A stretch of 64,000 nt of DNA, from assembly GCA_964017965.1 (NCBI GenBank), contig CAXHNV010000004.1, forward strand, positions 119,771 through 183,770, given 5' to 3'. The position numbers and the translations under genes are program-made. Positions 57,436-64,000 of this stretch are shown one piece after another; positions within the stretch are counted from its first letter, which is position 1; each line of letters opens with the position of its first letter. The DNA comes from an uncultured Gastranaerophilales bacterium. GTDB lineage: Bacteria; Cyanobacteriota; Vampirovibrionia; Gastranaerophilales; Gastranaerophilaceae. The notes beneath the pieces were generated by a model. It was not told where the DNA came from and did no database searches. It was given only the letters and a program-made list of their open reading frames with translations.

Positions 57436-58749
57436 CTAAGACACTTTTCTCAATGGTTTCAGAATCTTTATCAAACAAATGGCAAGTATCGTAGTTAATA
57501 AAATTGAGGCAACAGAAATACCTATCCAGCAACCCATTAAATACATTTTCTTGAAGAATCCAAGGTACGTCCCCAGAGAAATCCCAACAACTGCATAAGC
57601 AACAAAGTTTGCTATCAATATAAACTTCGTTTTCTTAATACCTTTATACACCCCGCCAAGTGTAGTTTGTAAACCGTCTGTCAGTTGGAACACTGCAGCT
57701 ACAACCATAATCGGAACAATAATGTTTATAACACAAACATCCTTTGTAAAAATCGATGCTAACTGATGCGGGAAGATAGCAAACAAAGAACTTGCAACGA
57801 ACATAAAGCATACCGTAATCAATAATCCGTGTCTGATATAATCAAACATCTCATCATAATGTTTTGCACCATTAGAATATCCTACTTTTACAGCCAAAGC
57901 ATTGGAAACACCAAAAGGTATCATATACGTAGTACTAATCAATACAATGATAATATTATGCGCAGCAGCATAAACTCCGGAAACCTTACCCAATGCCACT
58001 GCTATATAATTGAACGCCAAAAACTCAATCATTATAGCAAGTGAGATAGGAAATCCTATCTGTAATAATTGCTTATAATAACCTGGCTCAGAATATTTCT
58101 TGAACCTGAACTTATAAAAACAGAATATCAGCATTACAAACGCTGTAAAAAACCTTACAATCGATGTTGCAATAGCAAGCCCTGCAACTCCCATCTCCGG
58201 ACAGCCATACATCCCAAATACAAATACATAATTCAAAAACAAGTTCAATAACACAGACGCTATCATCAACAGATTAGGAAAAACAACAATCTCATACGAC
58301 TGCAAAAACTCTTTCAGAGCAACATTTATCTCTACCCCAATAACAGAAAAAGCTACAATAAAAGTATAAACTTTTATATCGTGTAATAACTGCGGTTCAT
58401 AATGTAAAAAATCCAACATCGGAATATAAGCCAGAGTTAAAATTGTCATAATAACAGATATCACAACCGCAAACTTCAATGACGGATAAAAATATTTTTT
58501 TGCACCAATCTTTTCGCCGCGCTTGTTTGATAACAAAGGTGAAATCCCGACAGTCAAACCAACGCCGAACATCAATAAAATAGAATGGATTGAATTCGCA
58601 ATACTGATAGCAGCAAGCGCCGATGTAGAATACCTGCCTGCAACCAAACAATCTGCAGCACCGAGCATTACAACACCAAGATTACCTATGATAATCGGAA
58701 TTGCTAACTTAAACAATTCTCGTATGTACTTAAATTCAAATAATTTCAT
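57436..58749 (-). CDS. MATE-family efflux transporter
   Basis: 12 hydrophobic spans. The N-terminal KLAIPIIIGNL pattern is typical of MATE. Confidence 0.85.
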   Translation of the reverse strand: MKLFEFKYIRELFKLAIPIIIGNLGVVMLGAADCLVAGRYSTSALAAISIANSIHSILLMFGVGLTVGISPLLSNKRGEKIGAKKYFYPSLKFAVVISVIMTILTLAYIPMLDFLHYEPQLLHDIKVYTFIVAFSVIGVEINVALKEFLQSYEIVVFPNLLMIASVLLNLFLNYVFVFGMYGCPEMGVAGLAIATSIVRFFTAFVMLIFCFYKFRFKKYSEPGYYKQLLQIGFPISLAIMIEFLAFNYIAVALGKVSGVYAAAHNIIIVLISTTYMIPFGVSNALAVKVGYSNGAKHYDEMFDYIRHGLLITVCFMFVASSLFAIFPHQLASIFTKDVCVINIIVPIMVVAAVFQLTDGLQTTLGGVYKGIKKTKFILIANFVAYAVVGISLGTYLGFFKKMYLMGCWIGISVASILLTTILAICLIKILKPLRKVS

Positions 58750-58751
58750 AA

Positions 58752-59798
58752 CTACTTATTTATAAACATACAGTCGCCATAACTGTAAAATCTGTATTTG
58801 TTCTCAATAGCGTGCTCATAAGCATTAAATATACATTCTTTTGAAGTCAATGCCGATACAAGCATCAATAACGTTGATTTAGGCAAGTGGAAGTTTGTGA
58901 TAAGTTTATCCACAACCTTAAACTCATAAGGCGGATAAATGAATAACGTCGAAGCTGAACGACATGCCTGTATTTTACCAAACTCTTTATAAGCCGATTC
59001 AAGCGTACGCACAGAAGTTGTTCCGACAGCAACAAGTTTCTTACCCTGAGCCTTAGCATCGTTTATCAACTTTGCGGTTTCTTCCGAGATTTCGTACTCT
59101 TCAGAATCCATTTTGTGATCTAATACATCATCACACTGCACCGGTCTAAAGGTACCTAGACCAACGTTCAACGTAACATAACCTATTTGAACCCCTTTGG
59201 CTTTCAATTTATCCAATATTTCGGTTGTAAAGTGCAAACCCGCAGTAGGAGCGGCAACAGAGCCTTCGTTTTTAGCATAAACTGTCTGATAACGTTCATA
59301 GTCTAGCTGTTTAAGCTCTTCTGATGTCATCTTACGTTCAATATAAGGCGGAAGCGGAACATTGCCAACCTCCGATAAGACACCGTAGATATCGCCTTCA
59401 TAACTAAGCTGAACGAGCCATTTGCCTGCATCTTCTAATGGTTCTATAACAGTTGCCGAAAGTTTATCAGAGATAGTTATCTCCGTACCGACTTTTACAC
59501 GTTTAGAAGGTTTGATTAAAACTTCCCACTGTTTGTTATCCTTTTGTTTTAACAAGAAGATTTCTATCTTAGCACCGGTTGATTTGTAACCATAAAGCCT
59601 TGCAGGAATAACTTTAGTATTGTTCAAAATCAATACACAATTCTCATCAAGGTAATCGACGATATCAAAGAAGTGTTTATCTTCAAGAGTATTTGAAGCA
59701 GGGTTAACCACCAACATCTTTGAAAAATCGCGTTTTTGTGACGGAGTTTGAGCTATCAATTCCTCCGGCAGTTCGTAATCAAATTCAGATACCTTCAT
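58752..59798 (-). CDS. queA: S-adenosylmethionine:tRNA ribosyltransferase-isomerase
   Basis: FDYELPEELIAQTP, PLPPYI, AAPTAGLHFT. Confidence 0.95.
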   Translation of the reverse strand: MKVSEFDYELPEELIAQTPSQKRDFSKMLVVNPASNTLEDKHFFDIVDYLDENCVLILNNTKVIPARLYGYKSTGAKIEIFLLKQKDNKQWEVLIKPSKRVKVGTEITISDKLSATVIEPLEDAGKWLVQLSYEGDIYGVLSEVGNVPLPPYIERKMTSEELKQLDYERYQTVYAKNEGSVAAPTAGLHFTTEILDKLKAKGVQIGYVTLNVGLGTFRPVQCDDVLDHKMDSEEYEISEETAKLINDAKAQGKKLVAVGTTSVRTLESAYKEFGKIQACRSASTLFIYPPYEFKVVDKLITNFHLPKSTLLMLVSALTSKECIFNAYEHAIENKYRFYSYGDCMFINK

Positions 59799-59800
59799 AA

Positions 59801-60886
59801 CTATTCCTTAGCTTTAATCTGTTTAGCGTCAGCAATATCGTCATCAGAAACAGCATCTTTTTTAGCTGCATATTCTAAATCTAATTTTTTGTTTATCAAA
59901 ATAGTTTGAATGATTTGAACAATGTTGCTTGAAATCAAGTATAACAATACCCCTGCAGGAATCGGAATAAGAACAAATGTACCGCATAACATTATAGGCA
60001 TAAACATGTTCATTGATTTTTGCATAGCAGCTTGAGTAGGGTCAACTTCCTGACCTTTATTCATAGCCATCATAGCTTTTTGAGTAAATACCATTGTTAA
60101 ACCAAACAGAATAATCAAGGCTAAGACATCAAAGTGGAAGCTTGATTGAACAGCTTTTGTCGGTATGGTTGCCATTAACAGATAACCTTTCTTTACGAAA
60201 GTTACGGTTTCTGTTTCTTTAGTTAGAACGTTAGTAACTTCAAGTTCTGCCTTTTCGAGCTTATCGAATTGAGAGAATTTAAGGTCTTTTAGGTTATCGA
60301 TATTCATCTTAAGTTCAAGCGGTTGTCCCGGAACTACAGCACCCTGAATAGCAACTGCTGAATTTGGTTTATCGATTTTAACATCTTTTAGAACTTCTTG
60401 TTTAAGGTAAACTGTAGCAGTTTTACCTGTCATGAACTTCGCTGTATTGGAAACACCCATGACACCGTCTTTTGAGATACCGGCGTTTGTACGGAGGGTT
60501 GAATCAAGACTGTTAACGAACAAGAATGGAGCATTACCTGCCATTTTAATAAACTGCGGACTCATCAGAGTTGAGTATAACAAGATAAAGATAGGCATTT
60601 GAATTAACAAAGGAAGACAACCTGACATAGGGTTAAAGTTGTGTTCTTTGTAGAACTCCATCATTTTACGCTGCATAGTTTGCGGATCGTTTTTGTAACG
60701 TTCCTGAATTGCTTTCATACGAGGTTGAAGCGTTTGCATTTGTTTCATTGAACGTTGTTGAGAAACGCCGAGTGGCCACATCGCAACACGAACTATAATT
60801 GTCAGGAGGATTATACCTAATCCGTAGCTGCCTGTTAATTTAGATAAAACTCTAAGTGCTTCTATAGTTAAACTTATAAAATCCAT
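59801..60886 (-). CDS. yidC: Membrane protein insertase YidC/Oxa1 family (short form with internal insertion)
   Basis: GLGIILLTIIVRVAMWPL, MQTLQPRMKAIQERYKNDPQ and NPMSGCLPLLIQMPIF are core motifs. There is no large N-terminal periplasmic domain, and extra sequence lies between the third and fourth spans. Confidence 0.85.
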   Translation of the reverse strand: MDFISLTIEALRVLSKLTGSYGLGIILLTIIVRVAMWPLGVSQQRSMKQMQTLQPRMKAIQERYKNDPQTMQRKMMEFYKEHNFNPMSGCLPLLIQMPIFILLYSTLMSPQFIKMAGNAPFLFVNSLDSTLRTNAGISKDGVMGVSNTAKFMTGKTATVYLKQEVLKDVKIDKPNSAVAIQGAVVPGQPLELKMNIDNLKDLKFSQFDKLEKAELEVTNVLTKETETVTFVKKGYLLMATIPTKAVQSSFHFDVLALIILFGLTMVFTQKAMMAMNKGQEVDPTQAAMQKSMNMFMPIMLCGTFVLIPIPAGVLLYLISSNIVQIIQTILINKKLDLEYAAKKDAVSDDDIADAKQIKAKE

Positions 60887-61059
60887 AATAACTCTTCCCT
60901 AATCTTTCTATGTCTATTTATCATCATGCCTGTCAAAAATATTAACTTGACTAGGAACAAAAATACCTTAAAAATACGCTCAAGTCAAATAAACAAAATA
61001 ATTTATAAAAAGGGCTTTACAAAAAAAAATTATTTGCTAATATATAAGTATAGAGATAT

Positions 61060-61131
61060 TCCTCAGTAGCTCAATGGTGGAGCAACCGGCTGTTAACCGG
61101 TAGGTTGTTGGTTCGAGCCCAACCTGGGGAG
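61060..61131 (+). tRNA. tRNA-Asn (anticodon GTT), CCA not encoded
   Basis: TCCTCAG acceptor pairs with CTGGGGA. Anticodon arm is ACCGG-CTGTTAA-CCGGT and T arm is GTTGG-TTCGAGC-CCAAC. 72 nt. Confidence 0.9.
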
Positions 61132-61148
61132 TATTTTTTTTTGCAAAG

Positions 61149-61182
61149 AAAAGGTGCGGATGATAAATCATCCGCACCTTTT
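61149..61182. terminator. Bidirectional terminator hairpin
   Basis: 15-bp stem AAAAGGTGCGGATGA/TCATCCGCACCTTTT with loop TAAA, between tRNA-Asn and the endolysin gene. Confidence 0.85.
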
Positions 61183-61189
61183 CTAAACT

Positions 61190-61585
61190 TTAATACTTAA
61201 GAACCTGCTTTCTATTTTTACCTTTTACATAAGAAATATGCACCCATTTATCATATTCATTTATTAGCTGGTCAAACTCTATTCCCGAGTTTTTGATGAA
61301 TTCTATAATTTGTTTAACACTCATACCTTTGACCGTAAAATCTACAGCCTGACCTTTTGTATGTTGAGAGGTTACAACTCCACCAACAAGTTTATTAACC
61401 TGTGAATTTCTATAACCGCTTGATATAATCATTGGCTTTGCCAATTTGTTTCTGATTGGTTGAAGACAATAGCAGATTAAATTCAGCATACAATCCATAC
61501 TATTTATGTCAGGCATATTATTTATATTATTTCGAATCGCTGTCTCAGAATATATAAGTTCGCTCATTTTAAAATTCATAATCAA
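61190..61585 (-). CDS. Peptidase M15 family cell-wall hydrolase (phage endolysin type)
   Basis: SGYRNSQVNKLVGGVVTSQHTKGQAVDF plus a later WVHISY give the H-D-H zinc ligand pattern of M15 peptidases. Confidence 0.8.
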   Translation of the reverse strand: MIMNFKMSELIYSETAIRNNINNMPDINSMDCMLNLICYCLQPIRNKLAKPMIISSGYRNSQVNKLVGGVVTSQHTKGQAVDFTVKGMSVKQIIEFIKNSGIEFDQLINEYDKWVHISYVKGKNRKQVLKY

Positions 61586-61899
61586 ATCTCCATATTACTA
61601 TCAATCTTTGATTTTAACAGGTTATAAATAAGCTGGGTAAAATCATCGATATATGGCAGAATAAACTTATTGATTACAAAGTTAAAACAAAACTTTGCAA
61701 TTATATTTGAAGGAGCATACAGAAACATTACATTTTGGATATATTTAATGACAGCTTTATCTAACTTTTCTTTTTTAGCAGAATTAGATAACTCCGTTTC
61801 TGCAAGCACGCATATAATCCGTTTAGTTTCTATCACAACACTTTTTAACAAATTTTTAAAACCTTTTGACATAATATAACCTCCTTTTTTGTATTTCAA
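61582..61899 (-). CDS. Hypothetical phage protein in the holin position
   Basis: 105 aa, overlaps the endolysin start by 4 nt. I see no strongly hydrophobic TM segment, so a holin call is not supported. Confidence 0.3.
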   Translation of the reverse strand: MKYKKGGYIMSKGFKNLLKSVVIETKRIICVLAETELSNSAKKEKLDKAVIKYIQNVMFLYAPSNIIAKFCFNFVINKFILPYIDDFTQLIYNLLKSKIDSNMEI

Positions 61900-61934
61900 A
61901 TAAAAAGGATAGAAACTCTATCCCTTTCTAACTT

Positions 61935-64000
61935 TTAGCCATATATTTTATAGTATTTCATACCGTTTTTAGGTGGTATGTATGGAGCGTAGAAACCTTC
62001 TTCTATCTCCTTTGTTTTTTGTGAATATTTACTTAACGGTGTCCAAACTCTATTAACTGAATAAGGATGATTTGTCAGTGCTTCGTTAAGAGCTTCGTCA
62101 TCAAAAGAAATTTCTTTATCGTTTAATAATTTTTTAACATCACCGTCATAGAAATATGTTTCTGAGCCATCCCAAGTTGTAGTTACACTACCAACTCCAT
62201 TTCCCGTGTATTCTACAATATCATGACCAGTAGCCCAGAGAACCGCTTGAGATAAGGACACTCCTGGCATTGTATTTGTGCCAGTTGTATAAATAGGTGT
62301 AAACATAGTTCTATTAGTATTTGTTTGATTATCATATAAGTCAGTTATTTCTGGATAAATATTTTCACATCCACTCATCCATATTTTCATAGTATACAAA
62401 TCTGTGAACCCTCCTGCATACACTGCTGCATCAGCATGGTATAAAGTCCTCATTCCATAACTACTATAATAATTATATGGAGCATAAGCTGTTAATACAC
62501 AATCTGTTTGTTGATTACTATAATCAAGTTTATCCTTATTCTTAAAATCTTTTAAATAAGGTGCAACTGTGATTGTATAACCTTTAATAGAATATGTATC
62601 AATATAAGGGTTTGGATTAGTTGATAAATTAGTGTTCATATCTCTTTTTAGAGATTCCCAAGATTTAACAGCTATCTTATATTTTGTATTTGGCTCAAAT
62701 ACTATTCCAGTATTTCGACCGCTGACTCTCCATTTCAATGAATTTGAAGATTTATATCCTGCAATATAAAGAGTTAAACTTCCAGTTGCTCCTATGTTTA
62801 AAACAAGAGACCTGTACCCATGAAATAAATTACCAGCTTTGAATGTTGTTGGTGTAATCCAATCAAATTCCATCCAAAAGTCTTGAGAGATTTTATCAGC
62901 AAGATCAAAACTAGACCAAGTATTTGTTTCTAAATCGTATGTACCAACCGTATTTGCCTTACCATCAATAATATTCGTCATATAACCATTACAACTAATT
63001 GTTCTATCAGTTTCTGCTGTACTATAGCAGTTGTAACCAGTCATATTTGGTAATTGGTTATCTGAAAGAGATTCTCCATTGTGATAACAATCTGGCAATA
63101 CATCTTTTATTTTTTTATTAGGAACATCGAATTCTCTATACCACATATCAGTTAAAGTTACTTCAAAAGAATGTTCTAAATCGACTTCGTGTTTTCCATC
63201 GAAAAATCCGCTTACACTTGTTATTACACCTTTTGACATAGAGATTTCTTCTTCTATGTGTCGATATTTTCCTGTTTTTCTATCGTAGTAATAAATATCA
63301 TCTATATCCGCAACATCATTTACACAAACGTATTTATTTGAAGTATACAATTCTGTTAAATAGTTATTTCCATTATCCGTTACGTGTGCTAATGGATATA
63401 GTGTTATTTTTGGATTTTCTGATTCACCTGAAATATTCAGTTTTTCTCCATTACATTCAATGCACGTGGAGTTTTCCATATATGCAGAACAAGACTGAAT
63501 TATCGTTCCATTTGGGATTCTTCTTCTTGCATAAGAAGAAGACATTTTTGTGTCTATTGCTTTATTTAAATTATTAACTTCCGATTCAAACGTAGTTTCT
63601 ACTATATATTTTTTATCATTTTCAAAAGCCGAAACCTTTGTCGGAAGTTCTGTTTTATCAGCCTTTTCATTAAGAAGAGTATCTACTTCGGATTTATGAT
63701 AAAATCCTGAAACAGAAACCCCTGTTGCTAAATCAATTTTGTCATTGATTTCTGTTCTGGTATAAGTTTCATCTTTTGTGTAATAATCGTCCAATTCAGA
63801 CTTATCTGCTTTTTCTTGTAAAACTGTATCATCATAGGATACATCAAATTTACGGTATGTTCTGTAAATCAGTATTATCATATCGTCTATTTGTGGAGTT
63901 CCCACTACCTCTAATGAATATTCTTCTGATAAATCAACATCATTGCCATTTTCATCTACCCAGCGTTCAGATGTTAATTCATCATCAACTTTGTTTGTAT
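61935..64000 (-). CDS. Phage tail-fibre-like protein (5' end outside window)
   Basis: The frame stays open from the GTG at 63905 up to the window edge. Repeats like KADKSELDDYYTKDETYTRTEINDKI and YHKSEVDTLLNEKADKTELPTKVS are typical of tail-fibre shafts. Confidence 0.6.
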   Translation of the reverse strand, partial: TNKVDDELTSERWVDENGNDVDLSEEYSLEVVGTPQIDDMIILIYRTYRKFDVSYDDTVLQEKADKSELDDYYTKDETYTRTEINDKIDLATGVSVSGFYHKSEVDTLLNEKADKTELPTKVSAFENDKKYIVETTFESEVNNLNKAIDTKMSSSYARRRIPNGTIIQSCSAYMENSTCIECNGEKLNISGESENPKITLYPLAHVTDNGNNYLTELYTSNKYVCVNDVADIDDIYYYDRKTGKYRHIEEEISMSKGVITSVSGFFDGKHEVDLEHSFEVTLTDMWYREFDVPNKKIKDVLPDCYHNGESLSDNQLPNMTGYNCYSTAETDRTISCNGYMTNIIDGKANTVGTYDLETNTWSSFDLADKISQDFWMEFDWITPTTFKAGNLFHGYRSLVLNIGATGSLTLYIAGYKSSNSLKWRVSGRNTGIVFEPNTKYKIAVKSWESLKRDMNTNLSTNPNPYIDTYSIKGYTITVAPYLKDFKNKDKLDYSNQQTDCVLTAYAPYNYYSSYGMRTLYHADAAVYAGGFTDLYTMKIWMSGCENIYPEITDLYDNQTNTNRTMFTPIYTTGTNTMPGVSLSQAVLWATGHDIVEYTGNGVGSVTTTWDGSETYFYDGDVKKLLNDKEISFDDEALNEALTNHPYSVNRVWTPLSKYSQKTKEIEEGFYAPYIPPKNGMKYYKIYG

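Larger units (their letters stand above)
61132..64000. mobile_element. End of a prophage or prophage remnant abutting tRNA-Asn (continues beyond window)
   Basis: The order tail-fibre-like gene, small ORF, M15 endolysin, then tRNA 3' end, with AT-richer composition than the flanking chromosome. Confidence 0.6.

Overview
All calls below were made by eye from the sequence and the ORF track; no searches were run. This is a 64-kb chromosomal segment from a low-GC diderm bacterium, as shown by lpxC, lpxD, fabZ, an rfaE-like gene, an AsmA-like protein and a porin-like protein. Most of it is housekeeping: pheT, dnaB, leuS, metK, recR, ybaB, queA, yidC, coaE, aroQ, rsmI, fmt-like, nanE/ROK kinase, tRNA-fMet and tRNA-Asn.

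The most interesting signal is a pair of paralogous proteins (3530..6451 and 14985..15905).
- They share conserved helical N- and C-termini but have unrelated cores, which is a flagellin-like architecture. One core is a GLUG-type repeat module.
- Each gene is preceded by a near-consensus sigma-28/FliA-type promoter (TAAAGATT-N11/12-GCCGT..).
- Further upstream, each has a perfect match to the cyanobacterial HLR1 (RpaB-type) direct repeat.
- A third perfect HLR1 match sits in front of a Pro/Gln-rich HEAT-repeat protein. Weaker TGTAA[AC] boxes precede other lineage-specific genes.
- Together this looks like a small regulon of undescribed filament or surface proteins.

The HLR1 motif and PBS-lyase-type HEAT repeats make a Melainabacteria-like (non-photosynthetic cyanobacterial sister) origin plausible, but that is only a guess.

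There are two accessory regions:
- A visibly AT-richer islet lies beside tRNA-fMet (about 25.4-28.6 kb). It carries two multi-pass membrane proteins and four tandem Lys/Pro-rich micro-ORFs.
- A prophage end (tail fibre, M15 endolysin) abuts tRNA-Asn and runs off the window.

Candidate cis-regulatory RNAs precede a chromate-transporter-family gene pair and metK. I saw no CRISPR array, rRNA, transposase or recognisable defence gene.
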